Shown here: one piece after another, positions 12,228-25,077 of the stretch
How positions within the stretch are numbered: position 1 is the first letter of the stretch
How the letters are laid out: the number at the start of each line of letters is the position of its first letter
Assembly (NCBI GenBank): GCA_964016885.1
Contig: OZ024742.1
Coordinates: forward strand, 252,712,001 to 252,776,000
From: Eledone cirrhosa
Lineage: Eukaryota
Reading direction: 5' to 3'
Length of the DNA: 64,000 bases
Made by a program: the position numbers and the translations under genes
The notes under the pieces: model-generated
Databases searched by the model: none
Seen by the model: only the letters and a program-made list of their open reading frames with translations
Told to the model about the DNA's origin: nothing

Positions 12228-12502
12228 ACATCATCATCATCATCATCATCGTATAACGTCCATCTACCATGCTAGAATGGGTTGGAGGGGTTTGTCCCAC
12301 TTGCGGCAAGATTGGTCGGGTGACTGTGTCTCGCTCGTACAGAACTGTTTCTGGCAGGTTTTCTACGGCTAGATGCCCTTCCTAACACCAACCACATTTA
12401 CAGTGTAGACTGGGAGCCTTTTTACTGTGTCTCCTACACAACCACTTTACAGTGTGGACTGGGTACTTTTTGTCATGTCACCTACATGACCACTTTACAG
12501 TG
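12228..12502 (-). mobile_element. Repeat family B ((GAT)n tail, RTE-3'-like SINE) with internal ~42-bp repeats
   Basis: Shared GTTAGGAAGGGCATC..GTAGAAA..CATG..GGACGT..(GAT)n; also at ~18930-19205, 19930-20110, 26390-26665, 38060-38450, 43090-43255 and 61510-61780. Confidence 0.7.
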
Positions 12503-12969
12503 GACAGAAGTAGGAGGATGGACAGAAGTGGGAGGATGCAGACAGATAAATAAATAGATAGATAGATAGATAGATTGATAGATACATAATGAAAAATGTA
12601 AGAAATCAGTTAATTTATAGTCAAAGATTTAGCAGAGACTGAAATGATGGAGAGAAAAGGAAAATGATAAATTAAGAAAAAAGCATCAAAGACAAACACA
12701 ACAACAACATAAAGAACAACAATGACAACAACACAAAACAGAAGAAGAAGAAGAAGAAGAACAACAACAATAACATCAATGACAACAATAACAAAGCAGA
12801 AGCACGGAAGACAAGAATTCGTGATTTTTCATAGAACGTTATGGAAGATTTAATCTGCTGTCCTTCGGTGCCGCGGGTTCAAATATGAAGAATTTCTATG
12901 TTAAAGAGATTTGTATGAGAGTTATATGTATTCTTGTCTTTGTGCTTTATTTGCTTTTAGCACAGAAGA

Positions 12970-13200
12970 CACATGATGATGATGAAAAGGATAATGATGA
13001 TCATGATGATGATGTAGATGATCCCTATCATCATCATCTTCATCATCATTATCATCGCCCTCATTATCATCATCACCTTCATTATCATCATCATCCTCAC
13101 CCTCATCCTCACCATCATCAGCATCATCAGCATCATCACTCTCATCATCATCCTCACCCTCATCATCATCATCCTTCTCATCACCCTCATCATCATCCTT
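12970..13200. repeat. (CAT/GAT)n degenerate trinucleotide repeat
   Basis: The poly-His and poly-Asp ORFs arise from it. Confidence 0.85.
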
Positions 13201-13420
13201 TCTACATCTGTTTTTCCATACTTGCATGGGTTGGGCAGGTCTTTTCCAGCACAGACCCCTCTCCTCCACACATTGAATTCCTTTGTCATCACCTCTGTGA
13301 GTTTCAGCATTTTGAGATTATCATGTATGTATGTATGTGTATACGTATGTATGTATGTATGTATGTATGTATGTATGTATGTATGTATGTATGTATGTAT
13401 GTATGTATGTATGTATGTAT

Positions 13421-15255
13421 TATGGAAGGTTCTCCAGAAACTTGGTTGCCCTGATAAGTTCCTTGCTTTAGTTCTTTAGTTAGGTCTTTCCATGACAACA
13501 TGAAGGCTTGGGTTAATGTCGGGGGTAACATGTCGGAGCCTATCTCAGTAAAAAATGGAGTGAAACAGGGGGATATTCCAGGACCGACCCTGTTTGCCAT
13601 ATACTTTGCAATGGTTTTCTGTATTGCATTCAGGAATTGCGAGCATGGTGTTTACATCCGATATCGAACCTCAGGCATCATATTTAACATCAGGCGCTTT
13701 GCTGCGAAGACAAAAGTATTTACATCAATCATAAGAGACCTCTTGTATGCAGATGATTGCGATCTTGTAGCGCACACAGAGAGTGATATGCAGCACATTT
13801 TGAATGCATTTTCTGACGCTTGCACTGCCCTAGGTCTGACTGTCAGTCTCAAGAAAACCGTCGTCATGTACCAACCTGCCCCTGGTAAGCAGTACACTGA
13901 ACCCAAAATCTATGTGTATGGCAAACGACTTGGAGTGGTTGATCAGTTTGTCTACCTGGGAAGCACTGTCAATCGATACAGCAACCTTGACAGTGAAATC
14001 TCACTTAGGATTAGGAAAGCAAGTGATGCTTTCGGAAAGCTAGAAAGGCGACTCTGGGGTCGGCGAGACATATGCAGGAGGACAAAGGTAAAGGTGTACA
14101 AGGCATGTGTGCTCTATTGTCTTCTTTATGCCTGCGAGACCTGGGTCACATATGGACACCACCTTAAGCAATTGGAGCGTTTCCATCAGATGTGTCTCAG
14201 ACGGATCCATGGCGTTCACTGGAGGGACCACATCAGTGATGTCGAGATTTTGGAAAGCTCTATGTGTGACAGTATAGAAGCTCTTGTGCTTAAGCAACGA
14301 CTCCGTTGGAGTGGTCACCTTGCCAGGATGAAGGATTCTAGAATACCAAAACAACTCTTTTATGGAGAGTTGGTTAAAGGAAAACGACCGCCACATAAAC
14401 CAAAAAAGAGGTATAAGGATTCCTTGAAAGCCTCTTTAAAAGACGCTAACATCTCTGCTGATACATGGGAAAATATTGCTGCTGATCGTAATAAATGGAG
14501 AAAGACTGTGTATGAGGGAAAAGTTGCCTTTGAGGCATCTCGAATCGCATACGAGAAAGTAAAGCGGGATGTGAGGAAGGGCATTGCTGTTGCACTTCCA
14601 GACGGCGAGGGTCCTCCTATGGTGCTAACATGCAGCGTATGTGCGAGACTCTGCCTAAGCAAAGCTGGACTCGAAAGTCATCTTCGCAGTCATAAAGTAA
14701 GACCAGTGGTTGACTACCAGGCTGCTGTTGGAGATGCTACTCATCATGCTTGCCAAACATGTGGTAGAGAATGTAAACCAGCAGGAGGGCTCAAGCGACA
14801 TGCAAAAGTACACAAACTCCAACCACAGCCGACTATTCCCAGTGAATGTTTTGGTTGCCGACTCTGTGCAAGACATTTTAGATCATTGGCTGGGCTAAAA
14901 AGCCACATTCGATCGCAGCGCTGTTAGTTGCTATCGTGTGTGTGTGTGTGTGTGTGTAGATATGCTTATGTGTGTGCGTGTGTGTGTATATATATATGTA
15001 TATGTATATTATTATTGTTGTTGTCGTTATTATTATTGTTGTTATTGTTATTATTATTATTATTGTTATTAATGTATGTGTGTGTATATGTGTGTGTGAG
15101 TGTGTGTGTGTATATGTGTATGTATATGTATATATAGATATATTTCTTTTTTTTTTAATTTTAATTTTCTTTTTATTTATTTATTATTATTATTATTATT
15201 TTTTTCTTTCTCCTCGTGCAATGGCCATACTCGATAACGAGGGGGCAGCCATCAT
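13421..15255 (+). mobile_element. 5'-truncated RTE/BovB-like LINE flanked by (TATG)n
   Basis: Begins at ...WKVLQKLGCP, continues as ORF 13500-14927, ends in a hairpin plus (CATG/TATG)n tail. Confidence 0.9.
13500..14927 (+). CDS. RTE RT C-terminal half + three C2H2-type zinc fingers
   Basis: GVKQGD..PTLF, YADD, FVYLGS, RLRWSGHLARM; CSVC..HLRSH, CQTC..HAKVH, CRLC..HIRSQ. Confidence 0.85.
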   Translation: MKAWVNVGGNMSEPISVKNGVKQGDIPGPTLFAIYFAMVFCIAFRNCEHGVYIRYRTSGIIFNIRRFAAKTKVFTSIIRDLLYADDCDLVAHTESDMQHILNAFSDACTALGLTVSLKKTVVMYQPAPGKQYTEPKIYVYGKRLGVVDQFVYLGSTVNRYSNLDSEISLRIRKASDAFGKLERRLWGRRDICRRTKVKVYKACVLYCLLYACETWVTYGHHLKQLERFHQMCLRRIHGVHWRDHISDVEILESSMCDSIEALVLKQRLRWSGHLARMKDSRIPKQLFYGELVKGKRPPHKPKKRYKDSLKASLKDANISADTWENIAADRNKWRKTVYEGKVAFEASRIAYEKVKRDVRKGIAVALPDGEGPPMVLTCSVCARLCLSKAGLESHLRSHKVRPVVDYQAAVGDATHHACQTCGRECKPAGGLKRHAKVHKLQPQPTIPSECFGCRLCARHFRSLAGLKSHIRSQRC

Positions 15256-15319
15256 GTATGTATGTATGTATGTATGTATGTATGTATCTATGTATGTATG
15301 TATGTATGTATGTATGTAT

Positions 15320-15925
15320 GGTCAGTTGGTGCTACTGGTAACATGTATCCCAGTACAACCTGTCCCATGGTCGGGTCGTTGGCGACTAAACTGGCAAGCC
15401 TACCAAGGTTTCTTGGTGAGGAGGGTGACTTTGGACATCCTGCAGGACTAAAAGCAAAACCTGTCAAAGGGCAAAGGAGCTCTTAAGAGTCAATGGCCAT
15501 CCAAAATCACCGGGAGAGATGACCCCTTAGCCTTTGTCAAGGCAGAATTCTAGGAGAAGGAAAACTCTGATATAACACCTGTAACCCTGATGGTATCCAA
15601 TGATGTTGACTTGTTCTTCTTTTTGGTAAATATCATCTTGGTTAAGAGAGTGGGCCTGGCTTTGTGCAGTGCTTTTGCTCACTATAAAAACTTCACGGCA
15701 CAGGCATTGCTTTATATCTGGAGATCTCTCTGCACTTGTCGTCACATGGTACCATGGGCCCAGCACTATGTGTCAATAATTGTCACGAGTATAGTGTTTG
15801 TACCAGAGTTTTCAAGTCGCTGGCTGGACTAAAAAGTCACACTCGTTCAGCACATCAGTAGGGGTTCTCCTACATGGATATAAAGTAGTGGCCGTACTCG
15901 AAACGAGTTGGCAGCCACCATGTAT
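15320..15925 (+). mobile_element. RTE-derived short element (5'UTR-like part + zinc-finger/3' hairpin part)
   Basis: CTAGGAGAAGGAAAACTCTGA 5'UTR-type motif; ...CTRVFKSLAGLKSHTRSAH*; terminal TGGCCGTACTCG-AAA-CGAG..GCAGCCA like 15224-15251. Confidence 0.55.
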
Positions 15926-17499
15926 GTATACACTCTCTTTCTCTTAATTTTGAGTTTATTTCTGACTGGCCACCTTCCTAGTGACAAGTTTGTAAAGAAA
16001 GGAAATTATCATCATCTTTTGTGTAGGCGTTCATACTTTGAATTGTAATAATATTTTACAAATTTTGAAGGTTCCAGATATCGTGACCATTTGTGGCTTA
16101 TTAGTTAAGGAGTGATGGCAGATAGTAATCACTAATGATGGTGATTATCTTGATTTGTTAAATTTTCCTAATGCTAAAAAAACGTCAATAAAAATTTGAA
16201 AAACTGCAAGAACTTTCTGTCTAACCTAGTATTGTTAATCATCAAGGCTTGCATCTGTGTAATAAACTCTGGTAGCTAGTCACAATAATATTTTAAATTT
16301 TATTTTCCAGTAGTCAAAAGTAAAAATAATTTCTTAGATATGCATTGGTGACATAATGTCTGCTGTATGATTGAAGGAAAATACATGTATAACTATATAA
16401 AAATATGTTAAAATATGTATAAATTATATACAGAAATTTAAGCAATACACAAAGCAGTATACAAAGGGTGTAAAGATTATGAATGTAGATATAAGTATAA
16501 CAGAGGTGAAGTGATTACTCTAATAATCAATTAGTAATTAATAATTACTTATTGTACATTTGTCTTAGATAGGAGACTAAACATAGAAGGTTTTCTCCAG
16601 AAAGGGTGAATGCTAGTCTTGTATTCTGAAGGCCATATGATTCAAAACATATGATCATGCAGGCCCCAATGTTTAAGAAACTCTATAGATAATATGGTAA
16701 GCATTATAAAGATTATGTAGAAAAGGTGCACATTGTCATATAGCCACATAATACATATGTCCAGATTATCATACATAGTTACATGTGCATGCAGACATTG
16801 ATATAGGTAGATTTACAACTATGCAAATGTGCACATATGCATGTGCATACACATATACATGCACATATATATCAAATATAGACAGCATGTATATATATAT
16901 AAAATGAGAGGTAGTATTTTCTGTGGAGCTGCCGAAAAAAGAGTGCTGGAAGTGCAGGAGGGGTCTTGCTGAAAGTGAGGGATTAGTGATATCACATCAG
17001 GGTTCGCATACCTGTCGCTTTCTCTTTTTCATCTGGACATCGTCTGTTGCAGATGTATTATGGTTGTATGTGAGAGAAGCTCTGTATTTCTTGACTAGAC
17101 ATAAATCACATGGATATTGGTGCAGGGACATTCAGTCTGGATTCATGTGGGAACGCAAGGTAGATCTTTTGCTTCCTCAACACACTTTCAAAGTTATAAG
17201 GTGATATAAGTATTTTAATAATTTCTATATTTGTAAGATTCTTACGATGTAATGGGAGATTTCATGAAGGTTTGTGAAGTTTATGTTACAGCCTGCTTTA
17301 TGCAATTAGAAATATAAAGGTAGGGCAGGCAGCCAGACCATCTGGAATAGTTGTTTAGATGCTAAAAACAGCCAGCTAATATTTCACTGTGTTCATTGAT
17401 TAAACCTATTGTGTACCTCATTATCTCTAAAATTTCTATTGAACATTGAACTACAGGCTGCATTCTCTCTTCCAGTCCAGTAAGGATTAGTAGTTTCAA

Positions 17500-17870
17500 T
17501 TATTGATTAAATTAATGAAAACTCTATGCTTTTCACTTTAAGATTCTATATAAGCTCTGCAAATGATATAGTTCGCTTCCTGTTAATATTCTTAAAGGAA
17601 TGGGCAATGTTATAGAATCTCCTCTTGTTCCATGTCAATACTAGGTATACCATAATTTCCATAAGGCAATGGTTATTTAGAAGACATTGTGTAGGTGTTT
17701 GACAATTACACTTTCTACTATAGGCATTTTTGGCTGAAGTATTATCTTCTGCATAGTTATTTGGTGTATGTATTATATGATCATTGTCTGATAGGTAGTA
17801 TTGAATTTCAATGGGGTATGGTGAGTTAATTTAGGTATGAGAACTCCCAGAGACAAGATGGCCATCCTTA
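17500..17870 (-). mobile_element. Old Neptune-like PLE linker/GIY-YIG remnant
   Basis: Manual translation gives KCNCQTPTQCLLNNHCLMEIMVY and RRFYNIAHSFKN. Confidence 0.55.
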
Positions 17871-17876
17871 TCCACT

Positions 17877-18058
17877 GACAGTATCAGTAGAGGGTCGGAC
17901 GCCATGCTTTGCAGCAAAGAGTTACGGCCCTTTATGGTCTGAGTTCAAATCTCGCCGAAGTTAACTTTGCCCATCATCCTTACGGGGTCGATAAAATAAA
18001 GTACCAGTAATACACTGGGATAATTGTTGGCCTTGTGCCAAAAGTAGAAACAATTATA
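17877..18058 (+). mobile_element. SINE family A
   Basis: Homologous to 9662-9855. Confidence 0.85.
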
Positions 18059-18289
18059 TTATTAGTTGAAGATATATTAGTTGCCAGGTTTAGTGAGTTA
18101 GAGTAAACCAATTTCCTTATATGCCTATTAAATATTATGTTTGTTGCATATGGAGGGTTAAACTATGGAATATTTCTCCTGTGTAACAATTTTCATTACC
18201 TTTAAACTTTATCATAATTCACATTGAATTGTAGTCAGTCACTCATAGAAATATCCACAGAGATACACATGCATATATATACATACATC

Positions 18290-18490
18290 ATCATCATGTT
18301 TGCTTTTTATGTTTGCTTTTCCATTGCATGGGTAGGATAGGTTTTTTTCCAGAATATCTCTCCTCCACTTACAGTGTTCTTTCATCAAATACTCTGTAAG
18401 GTTCAGCAATTTGAGTTCAGCTCTAACCATCAGGCATTTCTCGGTCTTCCTCTACTGCAGATTCCTTCTACTGGCATAACCTGACACTCG
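18290..18490 (-). mobile_element. RTE LINE 3' end
   Basis: GICSRGRPR..VRAELKLLNL..WR, (GAT)n tail. Confidence 0.65.
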
Positions 18491-18529
18491 TTGGATCTGT
18501 AATAGTAATATACATGAACAGCAAAGCAT

Positions 18530-19205
18530 AAATGAACTAAGTGAGAAATTAGGAATAAGAGGGATCAGATGCTGGTTACTCGAGAGAAGACTGCGTTGGT
18601 ATGGTCACGTGATGTGCATGAAAGACGACAGCTGTATAAAAAAGTGCAGGGCGATCAAAATTGATGGAAGTTATGGAGTAGGCAGATCCAGAAAAACCTG
18701 GGACGATTTGATAAATTCTGACCTTACATACTTACACCTCTCTAAGACAATGTCACTGGACTGAGATCTTTGGCGCTATGCAGTAATACAGAAGCCCTGC
18801 CTTGCCTATGTACAAAGCGAAACCTACAGTCAGTAGGCACCTCTTAACCTAATATACACCCACATCCCACTACCCCCCCCCCATACTGCCATCAACACCA
18901 CCCCTTTCTCTGTAAAGTTATGTTGGTACCACAACATCCAGTCCTAAATAAATGAGGTCGTGTAGCTGTCATGACAAAAAAAACTCCACACAGTCCACTC
19001 TGTAATGTGGCCGTGTAGGCAACACGGTAAAAACCTCCCAGTCCACACTGTAAACATGGTTGATGTTAGGAAGGGATCCAGCCGTAGAAAACCTTCTAGA
19101 CAGTCCTATACGAGTGAGATGACCAAACTTGCCTCAAGTGGGACAATTTCCGTCTAAACCCATGCTAGCGTGGAAGATAGACGTTAAATGATGATGATGA
19201 TGATA
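18530..19205 (+). mobile_element. RTE LINE 3' end and 3'UTR
   Basis: ERRLRWYGHVM..GRSRKTW; inverse copy at 42670-42950; ends in (GAT)n. Confidence 0.8.
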
Positions 19206-20725
19206 TATATATATATATACATATATTTGTACCTCCAGCCAACTCTCTTTGTATATATGTCTGTACAAGTATTTCTATTTATTTCTTTGAGCATGTATAT
19301 GTGTCTGAATATGTGCATATTAATGTGTCTATGTACATAATCTCAAACAGCACTAGTAGCTCTAAATGTTAGAAATGTTATGTCAAACGTGATGGTACTT
19401 TCATTTGTACAATAAAACCCTTGTGATTACTTTGTTACTGCAATAGTTTTTCATCTGTTTATTTTAATAATTTTTTTATCAATTCATCATTTGTTATTAT
19501 GATGTTCTGCACTGAGAGATTTTACAATGCATTTCAATTATTTTATCAGTAGATGCATGGGATGGGTGTGTGGTTGTGTGGATATGTGGTTAACACGTTC
19601 ACTTCATGATTATGTGGTTTGGGTGTCTCAAATCCTTCTGTTGCACCTTCTTCAGAAAGTGACTTCTTCTATAGCTCCTGTTTAAATGCAGCATGGCTAA
19701 ATGGTTAAGAAGTCTACTTCACAATCATAAGGTCCCAGATTTTTCTTTATATATATATCTAGAATCCTTTAGTTCATTTAATTATTATTTTAGGAATTTT
19801 TTCAGTTTATTTCTGATTTTGAATTGACAACCATCCAGTTCTGGGCTCCAAAACCATCAGCTCAACTGTAAGATAGGTTCAGCATGGCCAACTGACCTGT
19901 CCCTTCTCATAACAGTGTCATCCAGTTCCACACTGTAAATGTGGTTAGTGTTAGGAAGGGCATCCAGCTCTAAAATCCTCTGCCAAATTTACAGTCCCGT
20001 CGGAGCAAGGTGCAGTGTGGCCAACTCTAGCAAGACATGTCTCCCAAAGTGAACAACCTGTTTAACCCATGCAAACATGGAAAAGCGGATGCTAAACAGT
20101 GATGATGATCTTATGGAGATCTGTGATTTTAATATTTATCATCATCATCATTTGTTGTCAGTTTCCCATGCTGGCATGCTTTGGATGAGTTGCCATGGTC
20201 TAGACAGATCAAAGAGATCTCATCTTGCTCATACTTTCCATACTTAACATATTTGGCATGATTAGTACAGCCGAATGTCCTTACTTACATCAACCATCTT
20301 AAACATGCACTGAGAGCATTTCATTACGGCACCAGCACTAATATTTTACAAAGTGGGCTGGCTACATTTCATGATGACACTAGGACTAAAGAGGTTGACA
20401 TATGCTTGGCCAAACAGAAGAATCCTCTTTATCCTATATAGTCACTGCTTGATTGCCACCCACATTGCAGTGTGTATTAGGTGCTTTCTATCATGGCACC
20501 AATGTTGTCTCTGTGTGTTCCATTATAGAAGAAGTTATCTCATATACTGCTAGCTAAGAGACCTCTCCAGTCTATGTAGTCTCTGTCGAAAGTTATGATA
20601 GAAAGTTTTAAAATAAAAATAATAACACGAGATGTAAGGGAATGTAGAATGAGATGTAAAGTGTGTAGAGGAACGTAGGAAAGAGCGTAAAAAATAAAAA
20701 TAATAACACGGTGAGATTTAATTGT

Positions 20726-20761
20726 CCCTATATTTCGGATTCGCATCCATCAACTGGGGGG
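20726..20761 (-). ncRNA. Minimal hammerhead-like motif (CAGUUGA core), inverted pLTR copy
   Basis: Identical to 25042-25077. Confidence 0.5.
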
Positions 20762-22081
20762 TTTTCCAGGGGGGAAAGGTTATCTGTCGGAGAGGAATGG
20801 AACGTGTCCTCTGCTGTTGGCTGTTCGTGACTAATTGAGGTATTCTGTAGTGCGCGCGGAATCGGTGCGGTCAGGCAGAGGTCGAAGTAGTTCTTTTAAT
20901 TGTGGGAGTGGGATGGCGTTAGCTGTCAGTCCATTGTACTATTTATCTGTGTTGGGTTTTGGGTACTGGCAGTGTAGTATAGTCGTCTGGTAGTAGTAGT
21001 ATTCTGCCTGGTCTCTTCTTTTTTTAAAAATTAGGTCAGTACATGGTGGCGGTGTTACACACACAAGAACAACCGTTCGAACGTCACTGTGTGTGTGTGC
21101 GTGTGTTGGTGCCTCGTTAGTTCACACCAACCACTTCATCTCACTTCTCTCGGATTGGTTATTTATTTGTGGCTCTAGGCGTTTGATCCAAAGTGCTTCC
21201 TTGATTCGTAGCGTGCCGACGTTGCGTTCTGTCGCTAGCACTGTGACAATGGGCCTTCGGTCTTTGTTTCCGCATTTGGTGATGTGTTTCCGGAAAGACG
21301 AGGCCCTGGTGTTGATGTGCTCCTTGATCCGGATATGTAGCGGCCGGATTGTGCTATCGATATAGTAGTCGTTGCACTTGTCACATTCCACCCTGTATAC
21401 CACGTATGTGTGTAAGCAACTGTTCGTATGGTGCATCGGACAGTTTACGAGGGAACACGCGTCAGTCGATTTCCCGGGTTTCCTGGAGAGGCATCTCCGC
21501 TGGGAGGGGCCCGAGTGGGCCAGGTGGATGTTGAGGTCCTCTCTCCGCATAGCCCTGCGGATAGCGTTGGTGGTATTCTCGCCCAGGTGTAGTATTTTAA
21601 GGAAACACTTGCCTTGGGTGTTTCTCAGCGTCTGGTGTCTCCTACTCTGTTTGTGAACGAGGCAGGGTACCCATTCATCTCCAACACTTTGAGGAATCGC
21701 TTGGTGTGGGTGACACCACTCACGGGATCGCTGCATCTGTTTTTAATTCGCGTGATCTCGTTCGTGATGTACCCTCTTTTAGCGCTGTTAGGGAGGGAAG
21801 ACTTGTAGTGGACGAACAAGTCCCTGTAGGCTACCTTGCGGTAGAAGTTGGTGTGGATCTCTCCCTGCTCCGTGATGTTGATTCGGAAGTTGAGGAGGGC
21901 AAGTGATCCGTCGTTGCTGGGGTGTTCAACACTGAAATCATATTCTACACTCTATACATCACATTCTACACTCCTTTACATCTCTCTCTTCACCACCGGA
22001 TCCTGTTACTCGGAGAATTACCCATCTGCATTGTTGAGGCTTCCAAAACGACCAAAAGATAATAAATCTTATTATTCCACA

Positions 22082-24671
22082 ATGCTTCAAGCAAACTTCA
22101 ATACTCTCTTATCCTTACACCTGAGCCAGGAATTGTTTGCATCCGTAAGGGAACTCTTTAAACTGTCGGAGAAATGGGCCAATGTTGGCTGTCAAATTAT
22201 TTTCCTGAAACGCTGCCTAAAAAACGATGTCATCCCCACCACCATCAGGAACATTCGCTTACCAGGATGCCTACGTACACCGGCTTTTCAAAAGACCACT
22301 AGCCGCATACACCTCTCGTGTATCAAACAGATCCTGCGATATCTCAACCGCCAATTACACATCCATAAGCGGACACTCTCAGAGCGGACACATCGACTAA
22401 CAATAACACCCGGCGACTTGCTCCTTAAAATCACAAAAGCAATCGACCACTGCTACCACTCCAGAGTCCAACACGAAAAAAACGGCTCAAGCGGAAATAT
22501 GAGTGGATCTTGCTTAAACTCCACAACGAAAACACCGACACTAACAAACAGACCAGAACCACGTGAAAAACAGCAACATAACAACCGCCGCCACCACATC
22601 CACCAACACCGAGCCACACCTCAACGATGCGATGCACCTGGTCACCGACCTAAACGGCACCCTCACGAACGACGAGCTCAAACTCCTACACCTTGGACCC
22701 AAGTTCATCGTCTCACAACGACTCGACAACAGACTCAAACTCGACATCGAAGCCAACTTCTGTCGAGCCGCTTACCAACTTAAATGGGTGACCGCCATCA
22801 AAAGCACCACGGAAAATAACAGCGTCCACACAACCCGCCCCAAGTTCTCCACCTACCACCTCGACAACCCACTCCACCCCCACCCATCAACCACAAACTC
22901 GAAACTAAACTCATCAGGTAAAATCACTCCATCTCTGATATCCTACACAAACACACACACACACACGCACAACACACAACCTCACTAAATCTCAACTCAC
23001 CTCTCTCTCCAACCTGAAATCGAAGAACCTCATCTACCTCCCCTCCGACAAGGGAAAATAATTCTGCGTCATCAGCAGAGAGGCCTACAACACCCTGGCT
23101 CTCCAACACCTTGACGATGAAACCTCTACTCCAAAGTCACAGGAATCACTCCCGCGCAGATCAAGGAGCACATCAACGCCGCCTGGACCAACATCTGCGA
23201 CCGGCGGAAGCTCCCGGAGAAGCTCAGATACAACCTCCTCACGAGGAACAGCAGACTACCCGCCTTCTACCACCTTGTGAAAACACACAAACAGGGACCC
23301 GACCTGAAGATCAGACCCATCATATCGAGCGTGGAAGGACCGCTCTACAAAATATCATGGCTCCTAGCCAGAATACTCAAACCCATACTAGACACCTTGC
23401 CGGGACACGTTAACAGCTCCGAGGAGGTGTTGGAGCGCCTGCATCAAATGGATCCCGACACCAGAAAGGCTAACAGATCTGCCTTCAGCCTTGATGTGGT
23501 CACTCTTTACACCTCGGTCCCGGCACTCCCGGCCGTTGATATACTGATGGAACGCGTCCAATCCACCGAGCTACACTGCTTCGGGCTCACCCCCACTGAC
23601 ATCCACCAACTCCTATCCGTCGTCGTTGACAACACATACTTCGGTTTTCTCGACCAAACATACCGGCAGACCTCGGAGCTGCCCATGGGCTCAAGCCTGT
23701 CGGATGTGCTAGCGATCTCATACATGGACAGCCTCGAGCGCAAGGCACTCACCACCTGCCACCCCAATACCGTCGCCTTTTTCTCAAGGTACGTGCATGA
23801 CATCTTCACATCTTCCCAGGAGATGGCGAACGGAATCTTTGAGACGTTCAACAACACGGACGAGAACATTGATTTCAGTGTTGAACAACCCAGCAACGAT
23901 GACTTCCGAATCAACATCACGGAGCAGGGAGAGATCCACACCAACATCTACCGCAAGGCAGCCTACAGGGACTTGTTCGTCCACTACAAGTATGCCCTCC
24001 CTAACAGCGCTAAAAGAGGGTACATCACAAACGAGATCACGCGAATTAAAAACAGATGCAGCGATCCCGTGAGTGGTGTCACCCACACCAAGCGATTCCT
24101 CAAAGTGTTGGAGATGAATGGGTACCCTGCCTCGCTCATAAACAGAGTAGGAGACACCAGACGCAAGAGGCTGAGAAACACCCAAGGCAAGTGCTTCCTT
24201 AAAATACCACACCTGGGCGAGAATACCACCAACGCTATCCACAGGGTTATACAGAGAGAGGGCCTCAACATCCACCTGGCCCACTTGGGCCCCTCCCAGC
24301 GGAGATGCCTCTCCAGGAAACCCGGGAAATCGACTGACGCGTGTTCCCTCGTAAACTGTCCGATGCACCATACGAACAGTTGCTTATACGTAGTATACAG
24401 GGTGGAATGTGACAAGTGCAACGACTACTATATCGGTAGCACAATCCGGCCACTACATATCCGGATCAAGGAGCACATCAACACCAGGGCCTCGTCTTTC
24501 CGGAAACACATCACCAAATGCGGAAACAAAGACGGAAGGCCCATTGTCACAGTGCTAGCGATAGAACGCAACGCCGGTACGCTACGAATCAAGGAAGCAC
24601 TTTGGATCAAACGTCCAGGGCCACAAATAAATAACCGATCCGAGAGAAGCGAAATGAGGTGGTTGGTGTGA
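22082..24671 (+). pseudogene. PLE RT + GIY-YIG ORF with a few frameshifts; catalytic YVDD reads YVHD
   Basis: LGPKF, PSDKG, KTHK..IRPIIS, SLDVVTLYTSV, LPMGS, VVYRVEC..YYIGST.R.L..R..EH, KEALWI..P.IN. Confidence 0.9.
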
Positions 24672-25041
24672 ACTAACGAGGCACCAACACACGCACACAC
24701 ACACAGTGACGTTCGAACGGTTGTTCTTGTGTGTGTAACACTGCCACCATCCACCGACCTAATTTAAAAAAAAAGAAAAGAGACCAGGCAGAATACTACT
24801 ACTACCAGACGACTATACTACACTGCCAGTACCAAAAACCCAAAACAGATAAATAGTACAATGGACTGATAGCTAACGCCATCCCAATCCAACAATTAAA
24901 AGAACTACTTCAACCTCTGCTTGACCGCACCGATTCCGCGCGCATGCGCGCTCCGCAGAATACCTCAATTAGTCACGAACAGCCAACAGCAGAGGACACG
25001 TTCCATTCCTCTCCGACAGATAACCTTTCCCCCCTGGAAAA

Positions 25042-25077
25042 CCCCCCAGTTGATGGATGCGAATCCGAAATATAGGG
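25042..25077 (+). ncRNA. Minimal hammerhead-like motif (CAGUUGA core)
   Basis: CCC CAGTTGA T GGAT-GCGA-ATCC GAAA TATA GGG, at the expected pLTR position. Confidence 0.5.

Noticed and set aside
12885-13479. His-rich, Asp-rich and Met-rich ORFs
   Set aside because: All derive from a (CAT)n repeat and SINE tail; open frames on both strands are expected.
16923-17204. 93-aa ORF with CxxC
   Set aside because: Possibly a decayed LINE C-terminal finger; too degenerate to call.
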